64,000 nt of DNA from Chitinophaga pinensis (GTDB taxonomy: Bacteria; Bacteroidota; Bacteroidia; NS11-12g; UBA955): assembly GCA_945871905.1 (NCBI GenBank), contig CAMBXL010000002.1, positions 134,936 to 198,935 of the forward strand, written 5' to 3'. Positions 12,109-21,396 of the stretch are shown here, one piece after another (position 1 is the stretch's first letter; every line of letters begins with the position of its first letter). The position numbers and the translations under genes are program-made. The notes beneath the pieces were generated by a model that did no database searches, had not been told where the DNA came from, and saw only the letters and a program-made list of their open reading frames with translations.

Positions 12109-12169
12109 TGAACGTGCAAAAATAATGATTTAAGTGAGGTTAAGCAAATTGGTTGGATTGCAGGAATGA

Positions 12170-12235
12170 GGAATTAGGATTTAGGGCTTAGGAATTAGCC
12201 GTGCCTAGGCTAAGCCTAGGGAATAAGGATTAATG
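12170..12235. repeat. GGAATTAGG/CTTAGG-rich palindromic element with a perfect 7-bp hairpin CCTAGGC-taa-GCCTAGG (12204-12220)
   Basis: ggaattaggatttagggcttaggaattagccgtgcctaggctaagcctaggg. The 12-mer ggaattaggatt recurs inverted at 53471-53492. Confidence 0.5.
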
Positions 12236-12292
12236 GATATTTGTGCAAGATGCAAAGCATTGAATCACTAGCAAGATGCTAGAAACACTTAA

Positions 12293-13627
12293 CTAACAGC
12301 TCTTAACTTCGCCCCTAATTGTCTTAAAAATATTCACCACAGCACTGTAACTTACTATATTGTGTTTGAAGTGTTCTACTATTTTTACTTTTTCCTCTTC
12401 TGTGGCTTCCAACTGGTTGAGAATGTTTAACAAGTGCATTTTCATGTGCCCTTTTTGTATCCCTGAGGTTACTAAAGAACGTAAAGCTGAAAAGTTTTGT
12501 GCTAAACCAACAACAGCGGTAATTCGCATTAATTCTTGCGCATTGGGATTGCCTAACATTCTATAAGCGAATTTTACCATGGGGTGTAAATTGGTTAATC
12601 CACCCACAGTACCTAATGCCAAAGGAATGTCTAACCAAAAACGAAAAATACCATCTTTTACTTCTGCATGGGTTAAACTGCTATAGCTTCCTGAACGTGA
12701 AGCGTAGGTGTGTGCTGAAGCTTCTACCGCTCTGAAATCATTGCCTGTAGCCAATACCACACTGTCTATACCATTCATAATGCCTTTGTTATGTGTGGTG
12801 GCACGGTAGGGTTCTATTTCTGCTATTCTTACGGCTCTGCAAAACTTCTCTGTAAAGTACTCCCCTGTCATGTCATCTCCACTTTCTGTCATCTCAGAAA
12901 CCGGTGCTGAAACTTCTGCCCTTACAATACAATTAGGCGTGTAATTGCTCAAAATACACATAATGACTTCAATATTTCTATTTTCCTCTTTTAAGTCAAT
13001 GGCATGAACAATTTCTTCTTTTAAAATCTTTGAGAACTCTTCTAACACTGAATTAATGAAATTAGCCCCCATACTGTCGCAGGTTTCAAAAGTGGCTTTC
13101 AGTTGGTAGTAATGAGGTTCTTTATCCGTTTGATTGATGAGTTCCAAATTCAAAATACCTCCACCACGTTGTTGCATGTTTTTGGTAATATGATTGGTAT
13201 TGGCAATTAACGTTGGCTTTACTGACTCAAAGAAATTGAATAAATCTGTAGGATTTTCGCCTTTCCAAATAAAGTGAACGTGACCTATTTTTTCGGTACT
13301 GATAATTTGTGTACGAAAACCGCCTCTGTTCAACCAAAAATTGGCCGACTTGGCTGCTGCTGCCACCACAGAACTTTCTTCGATAGCCATGGGCACACAA
13401 TACATTTTATTGTCAATTAAAAAATTGGGAGCTATTCCGAAAGGCAAGTAAAAATTGGTAATGGTATTTTCAATAAACTCATCGTGCAATTTTTGAGTTG
13501 GTGCATCAGGATGCCAATATGATTTCAAAAAAGAAATGGCTTGTTCGTCACCATTCAAATAGTTGGCAACAATCCACTCAATTTTTGCTTCTTTACTTAG
13601 TTTAGAAAATCCTTTAATTACAGTCAT
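12293..13627 (-). CDS. hydroxymethylglutaryl-CoA reductase (NAD(P)H)
   Basis: DSMGANFINS (DAMGAN-like) and ATGNDFRAVEA motifs characteristic of HMG-CoA reductase catalytic domain. Confidence 0.9.
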   Translation of the reverse strand: MTVIKGFSKLSKEAKIEWIVANYLNGDEQAISFLKSYWHPDAPTQKLHDEFIENTITNFYLPFGIAPNFLIDNKMYCVPMAIEESSVVAAAAKSANFWLNRGGFRTQIISTEKIGHVHFIWKGENPTDLFNFFESVKPTLIANTNHITKNMQQRGGGILNLELINQTDKEPHYYQLKATFETCDSMGANFINSVLEEFSKILKEEIVHAIDLKEENRNIEVIMCILSNYTPNCIVRAEVSAPVSEMTESGDDMTGEYFTEKFCRAVRIAEIEPYRATTHNKGIMNGIDSVVLATGNDFRAVEASAHTYASRSGSYSSLTHAEVKDGIFRFWLDIPLALGTVGGLTNLHPMVKFAYRMLGNPNAQELMRITAVVGLAQNFSALRSLVTSGIQKGHMKMHLLNILNQLEATEEEKVKIVEHFKHNIVSYSAVVNIFKTIRGEVKSC

Positions 13628-13633
13628 TTTGGC

Positions 13634-14641
13634 TTATTTTATTTTTAAATATTGATAACAAGTTTCAAGTCCTTTCTTTTGAAGTTGGCAATAGGTCTGC
13701 AATTCTTCATACTCAGAAGTCGCGTGTTTTAAGAATCCGGATGCTTGGGCATAAATGGCATTCATTTTTGATTTTTTCATCAAATAATAACCATCTAAAT
13801 ATGATTTAATTCCCCCACTAATGATCAACTGTTTGCAAAGCGCTTTTGCACCCAATTCTTGAACAGCTTGGTTGGCAAAATCCACCATTTCTGAAGCGGT
13901 GTGTCCGATATAGGTAATGGGTTGAAGCAATTCTTTGGTTAATTCATTTTGACGGTGAAGTTCTAGTGTTGCAAAGTTAGTCCCTCCAAAAGCACCAAAC
14001 TCAATAGCTTCGATAGGAAGTTGAATTAATTCCATGAGCGATTGTGGACCGAACCCTTGCCCAACTTCTTTCACCATTATTTTATAATTGGCTATATCCA
14101 ACAAACGCTTGATAGTATCGATGGGTGGATTTTTGATAATATCACCTTCAGGTTGCAACCACTCTTGCAATGGATTAACGTGAACAATTAACCCATCGGC
14201 TTGAAGTTTTTTAACTAATTCTTCAATTTTATGGGTTTGTTTGCTTTCCAAAATTTCTTCGATTTGGGCTATACCAAGGTTAGCGAACAGCGGTAAATCA
14301 TTCCCTAGTATGGGGCGGATATTAAAATCATCGAAATAGGTATCACTGTCGAGGATAATTCTGCAACTGCCCAAACCAATACCCATACCAAACTCATTAC
14401 AAGCCTTAGCCAAATTGCGATTGATAATGCCTGCTTGTTGGGTTCCACCAGTCATGCTACTCACCCACAAAGGCAATGAGCATTGTTTCCCAGCTATATT
14501 ACTCACAGGAATGGCGTTATTATGAGGGTGTGAAGCTAAAAAAGGTTCGTAATAAAAACGAGTATCATTTTGCAGCGTTTGAGATATGAGCGCTAACTCA
14601 ATGTGGTCTTTTTTGCGTTCAGAGGTTTGTTGCGTATCCAA
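13634..14641 (-). CDS. fni: type 2 isopentenyl-diphosphate delta-isomerase (FMN-dependent)
   Basis: RKKDHIELAL N-terminal motif and TIM-barrel FMN-binding Gly-rich segments; first gene of the fni-HMGR unit; TTG start. Confidence 0.85.
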   Translation of the reverse strand: MDTQQTSERKKDHIELALISQTLQNDTRFYYEPFLASHPHNNAIPVSNIAGKQCSLPLWVSSMTGGTQQAGIINRNLAKACNEFGMGIGLGSCRIILDSDTYFDDFNIRPILGNDLPLFANLGIAQIEEILESKQTHKIEELVKKLQADGLIVHVNPLQEWLQPEGDIIKNPPIDTIKRLLDIANYKIMVKEVGQGFGPQSLMELIQLPIEAIEFGAFGGTNFATLELHRQNELTKELLQPITYIGHTASEMVDFANQAVQELGAKALCKQLIISGGIKSYLDGYYLMKKSKMNAIYAQASGFLKHATSEYEELQTYCQLQKKGLETCYQYLKIK

Positions 14642-14879
14642 AACTTATTGATAAATAAATATTTAACCACAAAGTTAAGATTTTGTTTGATATAATTGAT
14701 TTTTTAGCCTTTTTATAATGGTTTATATGATGAAAAAACTATAATATTGAAATTGTTGTTCACTTCAGTTAGACCGAAAATAAGAATGGTTTGAAGACGT
14801 AATTACACTTTTTCAAAGGAAAAAATGTAATATTTAACACTTTTCTGAAGGAAAGTTGGTTTATAGGATAGACTTCGAC

Positions 14880-14910
14880 AAAAAAAAGCCACATTTTACT
14901 GTGGCTTTTC
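14880..14910 (-). terminator. rho-independent terminator downstream of the M1 peptidase gene (bidirectional shape)
   Basis: GCCACA-ttttac-TGTGGC hairpin flanked by an A8 run upstream (= U-run on minus strand) and ttttc downstream. Confidence 0.65.
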
Positions 14911-14935
14911 AAACTATTTTAAAAAAATCTAATTG

Positions 14936-17377
14936 CTATATAATTACTCCATATTGTTTTAGAGTAGATAATTGTTCTTCATTCAAACCTTCTGTTGCTT
15001 TCTTAATCATTTCAAGATTTTCTGACTTTTTACTCATGTTTTTTAGATAGTTGGCGCATGGACCTGCCAATCTTGAATTGTAAGTCAATACTGCATCTAT
15101 CAAATGATTAACTACGACTTGATTACAAATCCCTAATCTATTTAAAGCCCCACCTGCCGCAACACGTGTTCTAAATTCGTAATTGGCGCTTATTAATGTG
15201 GTTAAAGATTCTTGGAATACTTCTCTGCTTTTGTCTCCTTCGTTTAATTTATAAGCATGTTCGAGCCATTTAACTCTTACATTGTTATTTTGACCAGAAA
15301 TAGTTGAAGTAATAGATAAATATCTTTTTTTGTCTTTTTCACTAATTGCTTTACTTTTCATTAATTTATCCAAAGCATTTTCAACTACAGAATAAGCACT
15401 ATCCATTAACAACATTTCAAAAATTTCCTTTGTCTCAACAACATTAGTATCTGCTTGGATAAAGGCATTTTTAACTTCTGCTTTACTATCCTTAACTATG
15501 TTTTTATACCATTTATTTAATGCTTTTTGATTGGCCAATTGTTTTGCAATTTCTGCTCTAATGGCATGGTGTTTTTCTGCTGCAAATCTTGCTTGTAAAA
15601 GTGCTTGTTTGTCTTTCAGTGGAATGTCTTTCATGGCTAAAATAGCATCATAACGGTCAATCATATAAGTTGCTTTTGCAGCCTGAGCAAACAATTCATC
15701 ATTGTATTTTTTGAACGTCATTTTTTTCATCACATTACTTCTTTCATCAAACAATACAAAATCAATAATATCTGAAGCAGGATGTTTTACAGCAATGTTT
15801 TGAAGGGCACTGTCAGCTACCCAAATAGTGGTTCTGTGAATACTTCCATTTTTGTAATATATAGCAACATCCACAGGTGTTTTAAAATAACGAACATGCC
15901 CATCCGTTTGGTGAACTTGTTTGATTTCAAAATTTACAGTTTGTTTGTTGGCCACATAACTTACTTCAAAATGCGGTTCGCCACCTCTGTGAATCCATTG
16001 GTCAAAAAACCAATCGTAATTCATCCCTAATTTATCTTTTAGTGCTTTTTGGAAATCCCAAGATTCCACATTTTTAAATCCATTAACGGTTAAGTAATGT
16101 TGTATAAAACGTTTGAAATTATCATCACCTAATTGGTGTCTCAACATACTCAAAACCGCACTTCCTTTAGGATACAAGCGAGTCGTTCCCCCTTTGGTAT
16201 GTCTTACTGGAAAATGATCTTTCTCACTTTGTGCTAAAGCCGAATTGTGTTCACCTCTAACCCCCCATTGGTATGCATCATCCCCTTCCAATTCTTTGAA
16301 AAATAATTTAGGATAAAAAGTAGCAAAACTTTCTTGCAACCACACATCACTTCCACCACGGGCTGTAATTAAATCGCCAAACCATTGGTGGGTAAGTTCA
16401 TGGTGATTAACGCCCATGTAATTTCTGTCTTTAAAACCGCGGGCATCAGTTGTAAAAAAATCTCCAAAAATAGTAGCAGAAGTATTTTCCATAGCTCCGT
16501 ATAAGAAATTTTGAACCATTACTTGAGAATAAGAACCCCAAGCATAAGGGGTACCGGTTTCATCTTCCAAATGTTCTATCATTTTTTCAGTGTGTAAACT
16601 GGTGTAATGAACACGGTCTTTAAATTCAGGGTAATACCAAAACTGAACTGGCGTTCCACGCTTGGTAGTGGTGGCTTTAATTTCATAGTTACCTATAGCC
16701 AACATCAACAAGTAGCCTGCATGTGGCTTTTCCATTGCATAATGCCAAGTTGATGTTCCATTGCCATTGTCTTTTACTGAAACTTGTTTCCCGTTTGACA
16801 ACACTTTGAATGGATTAGCCATAGTTGTTACTGTTTCAGTTATAAATTTATCGCCCATGTCGTCGTACATTGGTATCCAATGTCTGTTATCAATACCTTG
16901 ACCTTGAGTCCATATTTGTTTACGGATATAATTAATATCAGGCGTTGCTGTATTTTCTGGCTGATTCCAACCAATAAAATAAATTCCTTTTTTGGGTTTG
17001 GCAGTGTATGTAAATGTAATTTGGTGTTTTTCATCCCAATTTAAAGCCTTAGCAAACTTAACAACCACCCCTTCTTTATTAGAATAAAAACTAAGTGGTG
17101 TGTTATCGATAGTAGCGGTTAATATTTGTATACTTGGGGCATTAAAAAACAGAGTATCTATGCCATTTTGTAAAGTTGTGAATTGGTGCGTTACTTTTCC
17201 ATTGACCTGTGCAAGGGTTGGTTCAAAACTCACTTCCACACGCATGTGAGTAATATCAACACTGTGATTGCGTTCTGCCGCATCAGGATCAGCAAGATAA
17301 TGAATGTGTGGCACATCGGATTGCGCCATTGCTGTAACAGAAAAAATTGAAAGAATGATTAATAAAAATTTTGCCAT
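14936..17377 (-). CDS. M1-family zinc aminopeptidase (aminopeptidase N-like), secreted
   Basis: GAMEN exopeptidase motif and HELTHQWFG...E zinc-binding HExxH-E motif; N-terminal signal peptide MAKFLLIILSIFSVTAMAQ. Confidence 0.9.
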   Translation of the reverse strand: MAKFLLIILSIFSVTAMAQSDVPHIHYLADPDAAERNHSVDITHMRVEVSFEPTLAQVNGKVTHQFTTLQNGIDTLFFNAPSIQILTATIDNTPLSFYSNKEGVVVKFAKALNWDEKHQITFTYTAKPKKGIYFIGWNQPENTATPDINYIRKQIWTQGQGIDNRHWIPMYDDMGDKFITETVTTMANPFKVLSNGKQVSVKDNGNGTSTWHYAMEKPHAGYLLMLAIGNYEIKATTTKRGTPVQFWYYPEFKDRVHYTSLHTEKMIEHLEDETGTPYAWGSYSQVMVQNFLYGAMENTSATIFGDFFTTDARGFKDRNYMGVNHHELTHQWFGDLITARGGSDVWLQESFATFYPKLFFKELEGDDAYQWGVRGEHNSALAQSEKDHFPVRHTKGGTTRLYPKGSAVLSMLRHQLGDDNFKRFIQHYLTVNGFKNVESWDFQKALKDKLGMNYDWFFDQWIHRGGEPHFEVSYVANKQTVNFEIKQVHQTDGHVRYFKTPVDVAIYYKNGSIHRTTIWVADSALQNIAVKHPASDIIDFVLFDERSNVMKKMTFKKYNDELFAQAAKATYMIDRYDAILAMKDIPLKDKQALLQARFAAEKHHAIRAEIAKQLANQKALNKWYKNIVKDSKAEVKNAFIQADTNVVETKEIFEMLLMDSAYSVVENALDKLMKSKAISEKDKKRYLSITSTISGQNNNVRVKWLEHAYKLNEGDKSREVFQESLTTLISANYEFRTRVAAGGALNRLGICNQVVVNHLIDAVLTYNSRLAGPCANYLKNMSKKSENLEMIKKATEGLNEEQLSTLKQYGVII

Positions 17378-17444
17378 TTATTTGATATGTAAAGGGCAAA
17401 AATAAGGAAATAAATTGAATGGCGAAATTCAGTTAATTTAAGTT

Positions 17445-18023
17445 TTATTTTGCCATCATTTTGGCAATGTATTTGCCCAAAATATCAAACTCAATATTCA
17501 CCAAATCGCCCACTTTTAATTGCTTAAAAACCGTGTTTTCGTAGGTGTAAGGAATTATTGCAACCGAAAATGATTGGTCTTTACTATCTACTACGGTTAA
17601 GCTTGTTCCATTGACACAGATAGAGCCTTTTTCTACAGTGATATAATCGCCCTGATAAGTAAAGGTGTATTTCCAACTGCCATTCTCGTCGAGAATATGA
17701 GTACAAACAGCGGTGGTATCAACATGGCCTTGAACAATATGACCATCAAAGCGACCGTTAGCGGGCATGCATCGCTCCAAATTTACCAAAGTGCCAATTT
17801 GCCAATGTTTAAGATTCGTTTTATCTAAAGTTTCCTTAATAGCAGTCACTTGGTGTTCATGTTGATTGACTTCAATAACTGTTAAACAAACGCCATTGTG
17901 TGCCACACTTTGGTCAATTTTTAGCTCATTACTAAATGACGATTGAACAGTGTAAGTCACGTTATTTTGATGACTATTGATAGCGGAAATGGTTCCTACA
18001 GTTTCTATTATTCCAGTAAACAT
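17445..18023 (-). CDS. ribE: riboflavin synthase alpha subunit
   Basis: MFTGIIETVGTI start and internal duplicated lumazine-binding half-domains. Confidence 0.9.
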   Translation of the reverse strand: MFTGIIETVGTISAINSHQNNVTYTVQSSFSNELKIDQSVAHNGVCLTVIEVNQHEHQVTAIKETLDKTNLKHWQIGTLVNLERCMPANGRFDGHIVQGHVDTTAVCTHILDENGSWKYTFTYQGDYITVEKGSICVNGTSLTVVDSKDQSFSVAIIPYTYENTVFKQLKVGDLVNIEFDILGKYIAKMMAK

Positions 18024-18069
18024 TTAAGAGCAAAATTAATGGATTTAGAGAAACCCTGTGTTATTATTT

Positions 18070-20568
18070 TTAAAAATTAGCAACTAGTCTCACATTCAAC
18101 AACCTTCCCGTTAAATAATTAGGAACCCCTAAGGTATTGTTATTAAAATCCTTAACCCAAATGTAAGAGATGACATTGTTTATTTGCAAAAGATTGTAAA
18201 CATCGACCCCTATCCATAATTTTTCAATGTTTTTAGGTTTTAACTTGGTGCGTTTTCCTCCGATAATCACTTTACTAAACCCTATGTCCACTCTTCTGTA
18301 TGGTGGAATTCGGTATGCTTCGGTATATCGTGCACTTCCTCCCAAATAATAAGGCAAACTTGACCCAAAATTGAGCATTAGGTGCATTCTATAATCGGGA
18401 TTGGTTTTCAATTCGTCTTCAAACATAACAGAGGCACTTACCCTTCGGTCTGTAGGTCGGCGCAGTGAAGCACTTTCGGTAAGCACGCTGTCCTGATTCA
18501 TGTATCTGATTATTTCATCTGTTTTGAGAATACTAAGCGTAAACCAGTTTTCGAGTCCTTTTATAAATTGCCCGTTGATTCTAGCATCAATACCTGTGGC
18601 ATAACCACGGGCCGTGTTATCTCCATAATATCTAATTCTGACATTGTCCAAAACATAAGGGACCATGTAATCCAAATGTTTGTAATATCCTTCGGCAAAA
18701 AACTTAAAGGGTCTACCAAATTTTTTGAATCCAAATTCAATTCCTGCCACAGAGTGAATACTTCTTTGAGCCTTTAGATTGGTATTGACCAAACCATTAA
18801 ACTGACGCATTTCACGGTAAAAAGGTGCTTGGTAATAATAACCAAAAGCCGCTTTAAGTAATAAATTTTTTTTGAAAATGACCATATCTTTACTACTTTC
18901 AGATTGCTTGGCATTGTAAGGTTTATTCGGCTCATAATACAACTGAACACGCGGCGAAAACAGTGATTGTTGATTTAAGCTAGAATACAAAAAACGACCT
19001 CCGCCCACTACAGACCACTGATTGTACTTACCAAAACCTTGATGAAATTGTGTAAATGCAGAATATCTATCATTTGTAATGGTTGTTCTAGAGGCTATAT
19101 ATTCCACTAATTTCACCTCAGTTAATGAAGCAGTAAAAGGATTGATATTGTAGCCACTTGAGTCATTGTAGCGCCATTCTTTAAAACGATCTTGGATAAT
19201 TTCTTTTTGATATTTTACACCCCATAACCATTTGGCGTTGTGACTAAATAATTTAAGTTTTTTGGTGCCTTGTAAACTGGCATTTATAACGCTAAAATTG
19301 AGGTCATTTCGGGCATGATTGATAAAATAACCAAGGCCTAACAAATTTCTTACAGTACCAAAACCAGAGGAACCAATGTTGTTATTTACATCATAAATTT
19401 CATAGGCCCCTTGAATATCAAAATGTTCTTTTTCCGAGGAAGTGTAGGCAGAAACGATGAATTTAATTTCATTTCTGTATTTGTTTTTAACCAATGACAA
19501 AGCACCCATTACACTGTTATAATCCACTATTTCCTGACCATCTAATCCGATTCTTAGACGGAGTGCACTTTGTAACGTTCCGAAAGACGTTTCTTGAAAT
19601 TCGGGTTCAAACCTGAAACGATTTTGGGCATAGTTAACCAAAAACTCCAGACGTGTAAATCGGTTGAAATGATAAGTCATTAGCGATTGTAAGTCACCAA
19701 ATCTGGACAAGTACAAGCCTTGAGCATCCAAAGAGTTCAACACATTTTTATTGGCTCTGTATCGTCCACCTATAAGAAAAGACGCTCTTATTGAATCCTT
19801 ACTACCTACTTTTTTCTTAGCTTTCAATATGCCTTCCGTATAAAAAGAAGACCCTAAAATTCCTACTTGGAAACCCGAGGCAAACTTAGTAGGAGAGCGA
19901 TAACCGACATCAAGCACAGAAGAAAGTTTGTCTCCATATTTGGCTTCGAAACCACCGGCAGAAAAAACCAAATTATTAACCATATCAGGATTTACAAAAC
20001 TTAAACCCTCTTGTTGTCCGCTTCTAACCAATTGTGGTCGATATACCTCAACATCGTTGACATAGATTAAATTTTCATCATAGCTACCTCCCCTTACGTT
20101 GTATTGTGAGCTCAATTCGTTTCCAGAGGATACTCCAGGTAAAGATTTTACATAATCCAAAAAATCACCCGTTATACTTGGGCGCGAATCCATGGGTTTT
20201 ATGATTAAAATAGTACCATTTACCTCCTCTTTTCTTACCGATTTGGTAAACCCACTGATTTCGACGGTATCAGAACCCATTACAATATTCAGTTCAAAAT
20301 TTTCATCAGAATACAGTTTTGGAATGTTACTAAGTTTGTCATTATATCCCATTAATTCAAACTTTAGCGTGTTTTTTTTACCCAATTGATAGGGAATTTT
20401 ATAGGCTCCAGAGCTATCAGAAAAAACAACCGACTGACTACTTAAATTAGTAATTTTTACGCCAGATAATTTTTGATTTCTTGCATTAAAAACTTTACCA
20501 AAAATGTTAGATTGGGCATTGCTAGTAATGGCAAAAAACAAAAAAATATTAATTATCCAGAGTTTCAA
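18070..20568 (-). CDS. TonB-dependent receptor-like outer-membrane beta-barrel with N-terminal carboxypeptidase-regulatory-like domain
   Basis: Signal peptide; CarboxypepD_reg-like start (IFGKVFNARNQKLSGVKI); long beta-strand-rich body; C-terminal aromatic residue (…LVANF). TTG start. Confidence 0.7.
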   Translation of the reverse strand: MKLWIINIFLFFAITSNAQSNIFGKVFNARNQKLSGVKITNLSSQSVVFSDSSGAYKIPYQLGKKNTLKFELMGYNDKLSNIPKLYSDENFELNIVMGSDTVEISGFTKSVRKEEVNGTILIIKPMDSRPSITGDFLDYVKSLPGVSSGNELSSQYNVRGGSYDENLIYVNDVEVYRPQLVRSGQQEGLSFVNPDMVNNLVFSAGGFEAKYGDKLSSVLDVGYRSPTKFASGFQVGILGSSFYTEGILKAKKKVGSKDSIRASFLIGGRYRANKNVLNSLDAQGLYLSRFGDLQSLMTYHFNRFTRLEFLVNYAQNRFRFEPEFQETSFGTLQSALRLRIGLDGQEIVDYNSVMGALSLVKNKYRNEIKFIVSAYTSSEKEHFDIQGAYEIYDVNNNIGSSGFGTVRNLLGLGYFINHARNDLNFSVINASLQGTKKLKLFSHNAKWLWGVKYQKEIIQDRFKEWRYNDSSGYNINPFTASLTEVKLVEYIASRTTITNDRYSAFTQFHQGFGKYNQWSVVGGGRFLYSSLNQQSLFSPRVQLYYEPNKPYNAKQSESSKDMVIFKKNLLLKAAFGYYYQAPFYREMRQFNGLVNTNLKAQRSIHSVAGIEFGFKKFGRPFKFFAEGYYKHLDYMVPYVLDNVRIRYYGDNTARGYATGIDARINGQFIKGLENWFTLSILKTDEIIRYMNQDSVLTESASLRRPTDRRVSASVMFEDELKTNPDYRMHLMLNFGSSLPYYLGGSARYTEAYRIPPYRRVDIGFSKVIIGGKRTKLKPKNIEKLWIGVDVYNLLQINNVISYIWVKDFNNNTLGVPNYLTGRLLNVRLVANF

Positions 20569-20598
20569 AATTATGCTTTTAACGAAGGTAATTACAAA

Positions 20599-21246
20599 TT
20601 ATTGTTTGATAGACGAAATGGTGACACTTGGATTTTCGGAGTTAAAAACGGTATTACCTGCAACCAAAACTGTGGCACCTACGGCTATCAATTGTTTGTA
20701 ATTTTGCAAAGTTACACCACCATCAATTTCTATTTCAAAATTTAGGTTATGTTGACGTTTCATATTATTTAATTTCTCAATTTTACGGTAAGTATTTTGA
20801 ATAAAAGACTGCCCACCAAAACCGGGATTTACACTCATTAAACACACCAAATCAATATCCCCTAGTACATCTTCCAATTGTTGAATACTGGTGTGTGGAT
20901 TGATAGCCACACCCGCTTTCATTCCTGCTTGTTTAATTGCTTGAATGCTTCTGTGCAGATGAGGACATGCTTCGATATGAACAGACAATAAATGGGTGCC
21001 ATAGTCAGCAAATCGGGTAATATAACGGTCAGGCTCCACTATCATTAAATGCACATCTAATGGTTTTTTAGCATGTTTTTGAAGCGAAGCCATAACAGGA
21101 AAACCAAATGAAATATTGGGCACAAACACACCATCCATAATATCCACATGAAACCAGTCGGCTTCACTTTGGTTTATCATTTCAATATCTCTTTGAAGAT
21201 TGGCAAAGTCGGCAGATAATATACTTGGCGCTATTTTGTGAGTCAT
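20599..21246 (-). CDS. rpe: ribulose-phosphate 3-epimerase
   Basis: IAPSILSADFANL...HVDIMDG motifs. Confidence 0.9.
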   Translation of the reverse strand: MTHKIAPSILSADFANLQRDIEMINQSEADWFHVDIMDGVFVPNISFGFPVMASLQKHAKKPLDVHLMIVEPDRYITRFADYGTHLLSVHIEACPHLHRSIQAIKQAGMKAGVAINPHTSIQQLEDVLGDIDLVCLMSVNPGFGGQSFIQNTYRKIEKLNNMKRQHNLNFEIEIDGGVTLQNYKQLIAVGATVLVAGNTVFNSENPSVTISSIKQ

Positions 21247-21396
21247 GCTGCGAATTTAATAGTAATTTTATGAATCCCAAAACAATCGGCTTAGATTACC
21301 CTGTTCCCATAATGAAATCAAAATTTAGACTATTCAATAACAAGGTAAATCAAAACAAAGTTTAAATTGTTATTATTCGAACTTATATTTGCAACT

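Noticed and set aside
14856-15050. 64-aa ORF overlapping the M1 peptidase 3' end and terminator hairpin
   Set aside because: Overlaps the terminator and the peptidase C-terminus; no support.
20473-20745. ORFs 20473-20745 and 20504-20701 between the TonB receptor start and rpe
   Set aside because: Overlap the TonB-receptor N-terminus and the rpe C-terminus on the opposite strand; no features.
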